A stretch of DNA of 64,000 nucleotides from Magallana gigas (GCF_963853765.1 NC_088854.1:9486001-9550000); one strand, 5' to 3'; positions 1 to 18,920 are shown, numbered from the stretch's first letter. The notes: generated by a model from the sequence alone, not told the origin. Program-made: numbers and translations.

Positions 1-294
1 TCCAATGGGTACATAGTCTGAAACAACCAAAACAAAACCATGATAATCAATTGCATTATCATTATCTTTAATCAAACAGGGCTTCAATCTAGATGTTACT
101 TAATAATGCAGATGTTTCATTCTCTTATTAAATTTTACAGAACAGAATAAACTGATTATGAAATATGAGGTAAATTATTTTAACATAATTTATGCCTCAT
201 TAATCTTTACCAACTGGTTGGGACTTAAGGTATCCAGATAAATGGGAATCTACTGTAATTGCACACAGTATACCACAATATGACATATACAAAC

Positions 295-6683
<6,389 letters not shown>

Positions 6684-9600
6684 CTGTAAAACCAATCACA
6701 AAATTTTCAATCTTTCCTGGTTAATGTAGGTCTTAATTACTGTGTTCTTGTCTCAACTTTAAAATTGACATAGCTGAAAACATACAGAGCATCAAATTTT
6801 CATTGATTGCTCCAAAGAACAGGTCAAAAGAATCTGTAGCCAAAGCAGCAGTGTATTGATTAAATGCCACTTAACATCAGTAAACCTACATCAAACTCTG
6901 CAATTCACAAAAATCTATCTTTTTTGCCTCAAAGTGTCATTTCATTTCATGACTAGTTGCCTCTGCACATATCTGGAGAAGAAAACAGTATCAGACACAC
7001 AAGTGACCAAACTGAGGTGTGTAACATTGTATAGATCCTGACAAACTAGGTATTGATTTCATGTCCACTAAAGACAGCAGGGTGAAATATTCCCCTCTGA
7101 CATGGGACAACACTCTATTCTAGTGATAACAATGCATTATTCAACATCAACCAGATCAAAATTTCAAGTGATATTTATTCTTTATTTTATCTCAGGAGAG
7201 CAATTACTGGTAATGTTTATTAATTGTAAATGCAATGAGGAAATTGTATCAATTAATGTTTAAAGCAACATTTATAATGAAAAAAAAATATCATGAATAA
7301 TAGTTCATTATTAATGAACACATACATTAAGTTTCATTATCAAAATATACTGGTAAAATTCACATATAAATTACACATGTAATCTATCTTATGACATTGA
7401 AAACTAAAGGCCATATATCGGCCATTATGTGACAGTCAGGCTGTTAAGTGGTATTTGAGACACTGAGTCCTACATTAGCTTATTCTACCCTCTCTTTGGT
7501 CTATGAATGAAACGGTCCATAATATATCATCATTGATTTGACTTAATATTTCACTCCAGGGAAATGTTCCCTGTATATAACATGTAACAGAGTATGCACA
7601 TGTAGAATAGCATTCAAAACATCAGCCAGCAAAAGTAATTAGGTCTCAATTACCAAATATAACTTTTACAAAAGCAGAAGTTGGCTTCAGGTCTTAAATT
7701 GATATTTTAAAGATAACTCCTCTGCAAATGCAATCTCATACGAGGCTATCAATGGATATCTATGCAATTATCAGTACAATAAAATAAAATTGCACAAAGT
7801 CAGTGTATGTTTAAAAACAAAGCCATTGTATCTTATTGATAGATTAATGTTTGCAATATCTTTCCACAGACTTCTGAGTACATTGCAATGTTCATAACAC
7901 CAATTACGCCAAGAAGCTTCATTATAATGGCATTAACTTTGTCTTTAAAAGTTCGTCCATGAAAATTAAGCAGTTTTCATGTTATGAACTATTAATGAAC
8001 CAGTGTACAAACAAAAGATAGATCAGTGTATTGACTGCATACATCATTGCAAAATTCCTGATACCAAGGATTTCCTACGATTGTTCAAATCAACACACCC
8101 AAAATAAAACCCAGCATCCTTCCTCTTCCATACAATCATCCTCTTACAGATTGATCCCACAATCAAATCAATCAGACCCATATAGAAAAAGGCACTCGGA
8201 CTGGTTATACCATGTAATCAATAGCAGAGATCCCCAGGATCAAACCTGTATCAGTCTTTGTAATCTTTGCTGTGATTTACTGACTGGTTATTCAGTGGCT
8301 GCTGAGGAAGAGAATGAAATACTGATTCTGGCCATGAAAGCTAGAAGTCTGGTGTCATCAGCATCACTAAATTCGGCATTTATTAATTCGGCCTTAACAT
8401 TGCTCGACATTTTCAGCATGAAATTCTGATGCTCTTATTCGCTTTATTCATTAGGAGTCTCCGTGCCATCAGATGTGTGTTCTCTGTAGTTATTTGCTTT
8501 ATTCTGTGTTTTGTATCAACATTTTTATTGATTAATTTCTTGTTAAAAATGTCTCTTGCATAAAGATTTATGATAGAGAGAGAAAGAGAGAGCATTTACC
8601 GGTATTTAGCAAAATTAATCATAGCAAAACATGTCAAAGCAAATATTTATATCTGACTTATGCAAATGCTTCTGACATGATGAAAAAATGATGCAAGAAA
8701 ACCTAACAATTTTGACTACTATCTTGATTAATTCTGCTGCTTTAGTTTCTTTAGCAGAGATATGAAAATGCAGATCATAGACTGAGTGTCTGGTAAGATA
8801 GGGAATCGATCAAAATTCCAATTCCAATGAGCATTGTTTCTGATGTAACATTTCAATGTTCATTGGATGGGCAAATAGTACAGCTATTTCAATGTGGTCA
8901 ATGTTAACTCTACAATTTACACAAGCACAAATTAAGCAGGGTTTATATAGACACCAATGCAACCTCCCCATCTGCACAGTCAGGAACTTTTATATCTGCC
9001 ACTGAAATTGCCTCCCCAAAGTTGAATACCTTCTAATGCCACTGATGACTATACCATGTCCCAAGTTTCTGCTTCCACTTCTTTTTGCTTAACATTTTGA
9101 CAATCATAAATACCTTTGTGCCAAAACTGAGTTCATCCACAAGAATAAAATAAGTCCAAATTTTCTGTTTTGAAACAACCCCTCTACCGCTTCACGTTTC
9201 AATACACAATCAAAAATAGAAAGTCTATGGGGATTTTGCATTGCAGAAGACACAAAAAATATAAACCTGGATGTTACATTAAAAAAGTTCTTCTTAATGG
9301 AGAAAAGATGTAAACAATCTTGATTAGTAAGAAAAAAAATTTCGTTCATGTATTTTAATTTCTTTGGGTAAAAACAGACGAATTGGCAATGAAGAAGTCT
9401 AGGATTTTTTCCTTTTCATCGATTCCAATTGTACTTCTATTCTCGTATAAGAAGGTATATTAGAAGAGACTGCTACATGTACCTTGAAAACCTATATCTG
9501 TAGGAGGGTCTGAACTTTGTTTTGTTTTCCGACTGGCGAAACATTTAAATTACAAAGAATTACATCAAAATGTGTTAAAAGGTGATTAAATCACTATCCT

Positions 9601-9708
9601 AAGGCAAACTATAGGACAAATGCCATCATTTCATATCTTTCTGTATGCATATTAAAATAGAGCAACCTAATGTTATAACCTACATCACCAGGTCCAGTAC
9701 AATCTCCA

Positions 9709-9887
9709 GATTTAGCTATATAGCTTGAATAAGCTAAATAGCTTTATCAAGCTATTCAGAGTAGCTTCATTTAGATATTTTGTCATACATTTTTCTTAAA
9801 TGCACATAATTTGATAAATAGCTTTATCAAGCTATTTTGAATAACTTTATAAAGCTATATAGCTTTTTCAAGCTATACAGCTAAATC
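9709..9887. repeat. Short palindromic MITE-like element rich in TAGCT/AGCTA
   Basis: GATTTAGCTATATAGCTTGAATAAGCTA at 9709 matches the reverse complement of the segment ending at 9887 with 2 mismatches; internal direct repeat TAGCTTTATCAAGCTATT occurs twice. Confidence 0.7.
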
Positions 9888-10179
9888 AAGAGATCTGATC
9901 ACAGGATTGTGCACATGATATGTGTTAAGTTGTTTAATCCACGAATCTATACAGAAAAATTGAATGCTAAAAAATTGGTCCGTGCTTTTGCATTAGACAC
10001 ACAGGCTACAATGGACAGTGTAACGTAGGATATGTAACCATGCTGACAGTTATAAGAGACAAAAGCAGCTGATCGTGCTGATACAACTCGACAGACGAAA
10101 TTCGGACGGATGAGTACTATGAACACCCAAAATCAAATACACCTAAAATATTGACCAAGTAATTAACAAGGTACATACC

Positions 10180-10330
10180 TTTTTTGGTCTGTCTGTATTC
10201 TAGAAATCTTCCTGGTGCTTATCGGTTTACTCCCTCTTAGATTCGTTCATCTTTCTCGATATGATGACTAAATTCAAAAACAATTCGGGTTTTTTCCCGG
10301 AATATGAGATCTCTTATTATCATAAATATA
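10180..10330 (-). promoter_or_regulatory. Putative non-coding first exon / promoter of NSF
   Basis: The NSF ATG is immediately preceded by an acceptor (ttttacag|ATG), so an upstream exon is needed; a strong minus-strand donor AAAG|GTATGT lies at ~10180 in a CpG-richer block. The linkage is inferred. Confidence 0.35.
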
Positions 10331-10689
10331 TCCGATTTAAATTAGGCCTATATAGAAAAACAAAATCAAAATCGCACAAATCCTTCCTTATTGCAAGGTT
10401 TTCATATATCCTCTAAGTATTTATGCTATATTTACTATGTTTTGTAGCATGGTTCCATGCATGTTTTGATGATTTGGAACTTCCGGAATTTAGGAGCTAA
10501 ATTTAGAATTCCACGTGTACCGTTTCTTGTCATCGAAACATGCGTCATGTGTATTTACTACACGGTTAAATATAGTCCGAAATATCTGACGTTTTCCTGG
10601 CTTTTTTAACGATTTTGACTAGAGTAGAAATATGTACCGGTAATAGGATAAAAGGATATAAATTTAAATACCAGTAGATTGAAAACAAT

Positions 10690-10760
10690 GGTTGGTCCGG
10701 GAATCGAACCCGGTACCCCTGCATCTCTAGTCAGGTGCTCTACCAATGAGCTACCCAGGC
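10690..10760 (-). repeat. tRNA-derived (Ser-AGA-like) SINE head / pseudo-tRNA, copy 1
   Basis: Minus strand GCCTGGG TA GCTC ATTGGTA GAGC A CCTGA CTAGAGA TGCAGG GGTA CCGGG TTCGATT CCCGG ACCAACC: A and B boxes, D and T arms intact; acceptor stem does not pair and the anticodon arm has an extra base. Confidence 0.75.
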
Positions 10761-10898
10761 TGATATCCAGTCCATATAGCCCCAATTACTACATTTCTCC
10801 CTCCTTAAATGATCCTCACTCTACTCTTTGCCTCCGAAGATCACCCCAAGTTCGGCAGGTCATGGCACCAAATGTAATTAGAAAGGAGAAATAATGAT

Positions 10899-10972
10899 GG
10901 ACTGGACCAGGATTTGAACCCAGGCCCCCTGAATCTCTAGTCAGGTACTATACAAACAGAGCTGACTGCATG
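10899..10972 (-). repeat. tRNA-derived repeat, copy 2 (tandem with copy 1, ~210 bp period)
   Basis: CCTGACTAGAGATTCAGG anticodon arm and GGGTTCAAATCC B box; flanking CCCTCC(TC)TTAAATGATC(C/T)TCAC shared with copy 1. Confidence 0.7.
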
Positions 10973-11678
10973 GCGCCGGTATTTGAACATGTCTGACAGC
11001 AACATTCCCCCCCTCCTCTTAAATGATCTTCACCCTGGAAGATTACCCATGGCTCTTCCCCTGGCAGGCCTCAGAATGTATGGAATAGACCCAGGGTAAA
11101 TCCCTGTACACCCTTGATTGGACCTGGATAACTAATAATCTCCATACTAAATGTAATTAAGTTTACAGGTATGCTGCACTTTTAAATAAGTGTTAAAAAC
11201 AACTTCTATGCAGAAGGCAGAAAACAGTAAAATAACCAAGTATAGTGTGGTTTTATTAAAATATCTGAAACATTGGACATGGCCAACTTTTGTATATCTT
11301 ACATACATTATTTCTGACCAAGTCGATCAGACAAAGAAATACACATTCATGTAAGACAATCATTCATTTTGACAGCTTTAGAAGTATGGTACATGTAAAA
11401 ACATATATCACATATCATGTTCAACAATCATGATCAGATGAAGTGTTGTGTGATATTAAACGAGAAATTTTTCACTCTATATACCTGTATATCTTTCTAC
11501 GCTTCAGAATCAAATATAAACAAAATTGTGAAAAATAGCAATTTCATCTGAATTAATGTACCGGTACATGTAAGACAAGTGTGCCTCTCTGGTCCTTAAC
11601 ATTCATTCAAGTAACAATTTTTTTCTTCATTAGAAAAATAATCAAAGATAGAGCACTTACACATAAAAAAATAAAATG

Positions 11679-14600
11679 CTAAAATCCTGGAATCATCCTG
11701 CCTTTCTTTTTAGCCTGTTTAATTTTCTTGTCTTTCTTGGTTTGTTTACGTTCCTTGATATTTTTCTGTCGTTTCTCTTGCCTTTTCTCTATCTTTTTAT
11801 TCACAGTGTCCTGTCTCTCAGTCCACTTTGCCTTCTTTTTCTCCCTCATTTTTTCTTTCTTTTTCAGAGCTTTCTTCAGCAAAGCTGGGTCATCCTTCAC
11901 TTTCTCTCCCTCAGCTCTCAACATTACACTCTGCCATGCATTTCTCTGCTCCAGTTTTTTTGCTTTTTCAGCATCCTTCTCTTTCAAGTTTTCTATCTTT
12001 GACTTTCTTTTCTCTATTTTTTCTAAGAGTCTTTTAAAGTCTTTCCCATGTAAAGAGTTTTTTGGTTTCTCCTTTTCATCATTTTTCGTAAAGTCAAATT
12101 TGCTGAACACAAGTTTCCCTTCCTTATCAACTACAGATGGACGTTCTGGGGATTTGTAACCAGCCATAGCATCACCATTTACTTGTCCAGCAGCTTTTAA
12201 TGCAGGGTTTTTATTTTTCTTCTTTTTCACTTTGGATTTTAACTTGCTCTCTTTCCTTCTTAGCCTCTTCTGTTCTTGCACTTCTATAGAAGTTAAACTC
12301 CTTTCCTCTAAAATAATAAAATATTGATCCATCAAAAATTATACTCAATGTAAAATTAACTGTAGTCTGTCAGTAGAAATGCACATCAAGAGATCCAATA
12401 TTGAATATTTAGTAATAAAAATTAAGCATATTGGATATGCTTGTAGCTTTGAATTGTGCACACATGACTATTTAATAATTAAGCAATACTTAAAGGGACA
12501 TGGACACGATTTGACTTAAAATTTTCAAATTTTATTTTTCTATTTTCAATGTTCTTCTGATAAATATAGAAGTTTATAATGCTTTGTCAGAATTTGAAAG
12601 TCAAATATCAAGTTATAAGCAAGATACAAAGTTCATAATTCTTTGTTTTGTAAACAAAGCTCGAATGTTGTCATTTTTTCATATGTGTTGTATTGGTGAA
12701 AGTTTCAATCAAATGTATCTTTCTTTTGTTGATATAAATAGTATTTATGAAGATACTGAATTAGTTTAAATTGTTTTTACATGTCATTTAGTCAAAGAAA
12801 TGGTAATTCTCTACATTACATTTTTTGTAAATAACAATAAGACTCGAGCTTTGTTTATATAACAACTAATTCTTACTTCTGTATCTCGCTTGTACATGTA
12901 ACTTGACTTAAACATTCAACATTTTGGTCAATCGATTAAAATGCACTAGTAAACCATTTTACACACAAAAAATAAAAATAAATTTTTGATCATAAATCGT
13001 GTCCAAGTCCCTTTAAATACATCATGATATTTTTATGTTGTTTCCTTTTTTAAAAATTGATGTAGAAGTAAAATATATATCTTAATACACCATGATTTTC
13101 TACAAATAGCTACCCAAGTTAATAGAGAAAAAAAACAGCTAAAAACAGCACTTTTTTGGTGCAAAAAAACCCCCATTTACATGTTTTAAATTGGCTGAAC
13201 AAACTCTCTAGTCTAAATTTCACTTTTTTTTTATTAAGCTACAGCTCTACAATTATGATACAGTCATACGGTACATAACTACGTACTGCCAAGTTTCTGC
13301 ATCTCCAGCAGCTTCTGTTGGAGAACGTCCAGCCTCGCTGCCTTGCTCACGTCTGGAGTTCCCTCACCTCCTCCCCCTGATTTCTTGTTTTTCCCCTTAT
13401 GCTTGTGTTTCTGTTTCTCTTTTATTTTGCTATCTGTTTTTCAACAAAAAAAAGGCTGAAAGGTCAAACTGTGTTTTCAATAATGCAAAGAGTCAAACAT
13501 AAGTCACATATTTTTTATGCCCGTGAATTAAACACTGTCACACACCAAAAAAAAGAAAAAAAAAGATATTATAACATTTTGTGAGAACCCCTTGGATATA
13601 TCTATAAATAGTTTACTTATCATATTTTAATCAAATACAGTTTTCCTTACATGGTTCATCTTCTTCTGCTGGTTCAGATTCAAATTGGATTTGAGACACG
13701 GTTTTGCTTTGAAGAGGATTAAGTTTCTTTTTCTTGTTTCCTTTCTGTTTTTGTTCCTTTTTCCTCTTTTTGCTGACATCACCTTAAAAAGTTTAAAACA
13801 AGTTTTTGAAAATGCAATTACAAAACAATTTCCATGTTTTACCATAATATTATAAGATCAACATTTCATCTTTTGAGACTTTAATAACAAAATATTGAGT
13901 TTGTTATATTCATTAGTATTGGAGAGTGCAAGTAATCAGCTACTAATACATGTATTTGTTGATTCCTTGATACGCTATACAAGATACATGTCCATACATC
14001 AATCTTAATTACTTTAGAGTTCAGGGCTGCGTTTAACAAAGGAACTTACGTCAAAGTCGTAAATATTAACAGTCTCGTAGAATGTTCTTTAATGAAAAAA
14101 ATATATATAAAACCATTTGTTTACAACTATTTCAATTCCCATAATTATATTTTACAGGCATACGAATTAAACACTGATTAGTTTGTGATTAATTAGTGTT
14201 TAATAATTTGGTCGTAAGTCATAAGTTCTTTTGTAAAAGGCAGCCCTGATATTAACAAGTATTGAATATTATGCAAATAGTTGGAAGTTCTTTCAGAACC
14301 TTTTTTATAACAAGCTTTAATAAATACAAATACAAATATTTTATTGGCACAAACACAATTACAATAATTGGCAAAGGCCCAATGGATATACAGGAACATC
14401 ATTGCATGTTTACAGTAACTGCATGTACAGTATATATATTTTTACTGATATATATAGATCAGTTTAACATTTCCTTAGACTAATTGACATCTGTGTTCAA
14501 AGCAGTCATTAATGAATTTAACAGTAATTTTTAAAATAGTATGTATTTCACTATTAATAAATAAACTTATCATGATACATGAAATTTCAATTTTTCAACA

Positions 14601-15035
14601 AAGACAGATGTTTTGTTGTTCTGTAATGGGATGGGAGAAATAATGATGGGCTGGACCGGGATTCGAACTTGGCCCCCCTGAATCTCTTGTCAGAATCTCT
14701 ACCAAATGATCTTTCTGGCCCTGGTATTCGAACTGGTCTGACCGTAACAGTACAAAGAAGGAAAATTATCTAATGCCATTTATAAAATTCATAAACTGAG
14801 TGTTCCCCCAAAATTCCACATGAAAGAGAACATTACCATCTATTTCATCTGACTCTGATGTACTGTCCTCACTCTCTTGGAGAAGTCTGTCTTTTGCATC
14901 ATCAGAAAAAAATGATGCTGGTGGAATGGTATCAAGAACCCTCCTGAAGAAGTCAAGGTCAGCCTCTGGACCGGGATTCACAGCTGTGTTGTCATTGTCT
15001 GAATCATCAATGTTCACCTTCTTTTTGGCCTTCAT
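11679..15035 (-). CDS. SURF6: Surfeit locus protein 6 (nucleolar, ribosome biogenesis)
   Basis: Phase-consistent exons 15035-14837, 13782-13651, 13433-13287, 12283-11679. Contains RLDVLQQKLLE, LVFSKFDF, AWQSVMLRAEGEKVKDDPALLKKALKKK, KW..R and the C-terminus KKGRMIPGF*, all typical of SURF6. Confidence 0.93.
12494..13012. mobile_element. Non-autonomous DNA transposon (MITE) with TTAA flanks, Kolobok/piggyBac-like
   Basis: TIR AGGGACATGGACACGATTT vs AGGGACTTGGACACGATTT (18/19); TTAA at 12490-12493 and 13013-13016; internal inverted repeat TAAACAAAGCTCGA. Confidence 0.85.
14022..14248. mobile_element. MITE in SURF6 intron 1
   Basis: Terminal inverted repeats CAGGGCTGC(G/C)TTT(A/T)ACAAA(G/A)GAACTTA(C/T)G. 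Confidence 0.75.
14635..14720 (-). repeat. tRNA-derived repeat, copy 3
   Basis: Shares GGAGAAATAATGATGGG(A)CTGGACC with 10886-10909; B box GTTCGAATCCC and CTGACAAGAGATTCAGG arm on the minus strand. Confidence 0.7.
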
Positions 15036-15480
15036 TTTCTGATCAATATAGAAAATTAAGAAAGTTACCAATCTATAGTAAACTTCATGAAGAACCACTC
15101 TAAATAAGCAACCTTGTTCTTCAAATACCGATTTCCTTGAAATGTATTTGTTTTGATCCAATTGAACTAAATTGCAAGAGACTTGAATAAATAGTTTACC
15201 TTATAAAATGGAAGAAAAGAAGAATTATTGCAAAATTAAGGGAAACATAGTGATAATTTTCTTGCACGTGTTGAAAGATTCTGAAAACAGGAAGTGCTTA
15301 ATAATAAACTATTTAGGAAATGAAAACCAATACCAGAAGGAGTTCCGAATACCAGTAAAGAAAATATTTTTAAAATGCGTATATTTTCCTCTTTAAATGA
15401 AATTTATTCTACCAGTTAAAAAATATTGCAAATCTGTGCTAATTAAAAAATAAAGAGAGTCATTAGTTAAAAAAATTAAT

Positions 15481-15546
15481 CCGGAAATAATGTTGGGTTT
15501 TCGTATATTACTTGTTGAAGCCCTTTTCCGCTGAATTATCAACATG
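15481..15546 (+). promoter_or_regulatory. RPS18 promoter / 5'TOP tract and first exon
   Basis: ETS-like CCGGAA at 15481, pyrimidine tract CCCTTTTCC at 15521, then ATG|GTTGGT donor at 15544-15552, as expected for a ribosomal protein gene. Confidence 0.75.
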
Positions 15547-18500
15547 GTTGGTTCCTTTTAAAATAACAAGTTAAATCCCATTCCATCTACGACGTGCAAA
15601 GCTCAAAATAAAAATTAGAAGTGCCCAAACTGTGCAAAAATAAATGAATTTTTTTATTTGTTGCATATTATCACTGTATACCCATTAGTTTGATTCTCAC
15701 ACTACTGGGAAATGTGAACTGTCAGGTTTCGAAAGATTTTTCGAGCTTTGTATGTAGTTTGGGTAGTAAAGAAGAGAACGAGCAAAAACATTTCTCGCGT
15801 CTGTAAACTGTCTAGTATGGTCTGCAAAGGAACCCACGTTTCAATATTTTTCGAACACATGAATATCGTGTTGGAATCTGAAGCGAAAATACGATTAACT
15901 GTTTATGAAATTTCTTTCAGGCTTTGATACTGCCAGAGAAGTTTCAGCACATTCTTCGTATCCTCAACACAAATATTGATGGACGAAGGAAAATTATGTT
16001 CGCTATGACTGCCATCAAGGTAAGATAATTCTGATCAGATTACTTATTGAACAAGTGAATCAATCTAATAAAAATTAGATCACATCAGAACCCTTCATTC
16101 ATGATCTACTTAAGGTATCATTTTTTGCTTTTCCAGGGTATCGGTAGACGATATGCTAATGTTGTCTGCAAGAAAGCTGATGTAGATATCACAAAAAGGG
16201 CAGGGGAACTATCAGAAGAAGAGGTAAAAATATTTGTGTTGTTTAGATTATGAGAGATGTTACTTTTATAGACATTCAACAAAATAGGTGAATCATGATG
16301 AATTAATTCAGCATGTTCCACATTTATTTATTCATTTCTTTGAAGCTTTTCCATCCCAAGCAGAAATCTAATTATTACTGTTCCATCTTAGAAACGAATA
16401 CATAAACATTGTTATCCCCTTGCGCAACTTGTTGCGAGGGGGGGTATAGCATCACTGCTGTGTATGTATGTGTGTCTATTTTTAAGTTTTTTAGCAAAGA
16501 ACTATTAATATATGATACAAGTTAATTTTGGCTCCCATAATTTGTCATTTTTCAAAGTTTTTCGGTATAATAAAATGTTATGATATTTTTTAGAAGAGTT
16601 GATGTAAAATATATTTTTCACCTATTTATTTGCACTTACTGGCAGTATATGACGTCAAAAGTGAAGTTATTTCTATAATTCAATCAAAATTAGTCAAAAA
16701 TTGACATTTTTTTTTATCTTTCTATGAATGGGAAATACAGAGCGCATGCTTGAACAAGGAAAATTTTTGTCACTTATAAGTCTTGGCTAGATTCATCACA
16801 TATTATTATAAAATAATTTGTTTGTTCAAGCATGCTCTCTATGTTTTCTAAAAGAAAACCTGCTTGAAAACAAGCTGTTTTATTCTAAAAAATGCAAAAA
16901 TGGCGGGAAAAGGTTGTTTTTGCGATGTCATATTTCTAAATTGTGGGAGTTGAATCAAATTGAACATGATAAAAAACGTCACATATATATATATATATAT
17001 CTGTACAAAGAAAACAAAGAATTACAGTAAAATGATGATGTTCATTTTAGGGGGCCATTTTAGGCCCATATCATATATAGTCCATTGAAATAAAATCCTC
17101 TCATAAATGTTCATCAAACTTTGTACACTTCTTTGGCATGGTAAAAGGACAAACCCTATTGATTTTCATTTCAGTTGATTAAATATTTTTTAAATTATTG
17201 TTAAAAAAAAAAAAATGAAGTTAAAACAGGAGTTTATGTACAATTTGACAAAAAAAACTGTGTAATGTTAATAATTCTGAATTGCCTTTTTCAAATGTAA
17301 TTATTGGTAATAAACAGCAATGTTTACTAGTTCGCCGGGATATGTACTTAGTTGATATGATCAAATCCTGTGAAGCCCAAAAAAGCTTCTCAGATTAATT
17401 GATCTTGTGACCACGTGAACTTTTTAACATTTTGTTTACTTCCCTATTGAAAAGATGACACTGAAAGTAGTTAAATGCTGTACAATTCCAAGCATTATCG
17501 CACAATTATTAGCAAAGTATAATTTCTTAAAGCAGATATTAAATTATCACTGTAAAATTTAATTAAAAATGTAAAAAAAAAAAAAAATGGTTCATTGTAA
17601 ATTGTTTCGCCTAGAGTACAGCATTCATTTTGATACTGGCATATCATTTCGCTGAAGTGATAAAGAATAATTCTCTAATCAGAGGGTCAGTGTGTAGCTC
17701 AATGTATTCTGTAAAAATCTAATAGAGTGGAATTTATATTCTGTTCAATTATATAGTGCTGAAATGAGGTTTTTTTTCTTTTTATGTTAATAAATAACAA
17801 GTTTTTTTTTTAATATAACTGTTTCATTGTTTACATTGAATTACCTATTTATAATCCAGTAAATGTTTTCTGTTTCAGATTGACAAAATTGTCACAATTA
17901 TGCAGAACCCTCGTCAGTACAAGATTCCTGACTGGTTCCTTAACAGGCAGAAGGACATTAAGGATGGTAAATTCAGCCAGGTCATGTCCAACACACTGGA
18001 CAACAAACTCCGTGAGGATCTGGAGCGACTAAAGAAGATCCGAGCACACAGAGGTCTCCGTCACTACTGGGGGTAAGTCTAACAAACATCTGGCTCAAGT
18101 CTTGGTAATCAAGACAATTACACACTGCCCCCAAAGTCTCTGCATATGTGTCATTCATGTACTCTACTAAGAAATGAAAAGCCAGTCCACTTAGAATCTA
18201 CAATCCTTTATCATTGCTTTTGAATACATTATGATAACATGAAAAGTAAACTGATATGAGTTATTTTAATATTTTTTGCACAATCATGATCAATGAATGC
18301 TATTTGTGTAGTGGAGTATGCTTTTATTAACAAGGGATTAGCTGTTAGATGTTTTCAACATAAAAATGATATCTATTCAATCCTTGTGATGGATGGTGCC
18401 ATACTTTTCATAATATTAATATCCCAAAAAAGTGGAGTGGCTAGTTGACTATTAGATTGATTTTCCCTTTAATGTATGTGATTGAAATTTAATTTTTGAT

Positions 18501-18693
18501 CTAGAACTGTTCAGATTCAGCATACATGTAGATATATTATTATAATTTACCAATATCTGTCGAAGATGAGGTAAAGTATGACTTCTCTGATCACTGAGCT
18601 GTTTTGGTGTTTTTCAGTCTAAGAGTGAGAGGACAGCACACAAAGACCACAGGAAGAAGAGGAAGAACTGTCGGTGTGGCCAAGAAGAAGTAA
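15544..18693 (+). CDS. RPS18: 40S ribosomal protein S18
   Basis: Exons 15544-15546, 15921-16019, 16137-16223, 17879-18072, 18618-18693 translate to [25 protein letters not shown]...[33 protein letters not shown]. Confidence 0.98.
16412..17170 (+). mobile_element. Helentron/HINE-like non-autonomous element in RPS18 intron 3
   Basis: TTATCCCC followed by a CGCAAC/GTTGCG hairpin, GGGGGGTATA and a (TGTA/TG)n microsatellite; resembles the subTIR-IR-microsatellite layout of Helentron-associated elements. The 3' boundary is uncertain. Confidence 0.45.
17262..17430. repeat. Degenerate inverted copy of the 5937-6140 hairpin element
   Basis: AATTGCCTTTTTCAAATGTAATTATTGGTAATAAACAGCAATG matches the reverse complement of 6075-6118; core TGATCAAATCCTGTGAAGCCC...GCTTCTCAG. 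Confidence 0.75.
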
Positions 18694-18829
18694 ACTGTGT
18701 AAATGAGGGAGGAAAAGTAAAAAAAAGTGTATCAAAAGAGTGTTTTTTGTTATCATTGCTAGATGTGTAACCTGATAATCTGTACTTGTATGATGAGCTA
18801 AAAAAGGAATCATTCTTTGAGTATTATGA

Positions 18830-18920
18830 GGTGATAATTTCGGTCGGGGCGTGATCTAATCCAATAAAGCCCGATGGGCTTTATGATGCATTTGATCAGG
18901 CCCCGACCGAAATTATCACC
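18830..18920. repeat. 91-bp near-perfect hairpin downstream of RPS18
   Basis: GGTGATAATTTCGGTCGGGGC and its exact reverse complement GCCCCGACCGAAATTATCACC; inner ATAAAGCCC-GAT-GGGCTTTAT. Confidence 0.9.

Noticed and set aside
10690-10760. Functional tRNA-Ser(AGA) gene
   Set aside because: The acceptor stem pairs at only about 4 of 7 positions and the anticodon arm has an insertion; treated as a tRNA-derived repeat.
11676-12159. Plus-strand hydrophobic Phe/Leu/Ser-rich ORFs
   Set aside because: Antisense shadows of the Lys/Glu-rich SURF6 exon.
16290-16350. Possible C/D snoRNA in RPS18 intron 3 (ATGATGA C box)
   Set aside because: No CTGA D box at a suitable distance, no terminal stem and no rRNA complement I could recognise.
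17625-17700. TGATA...CTGA...TGATA arrangement resembling snoRNA boxes
   Set aside because: The boxes are non-canonical and there is no terminal D box; needs snoscan or Infernal.
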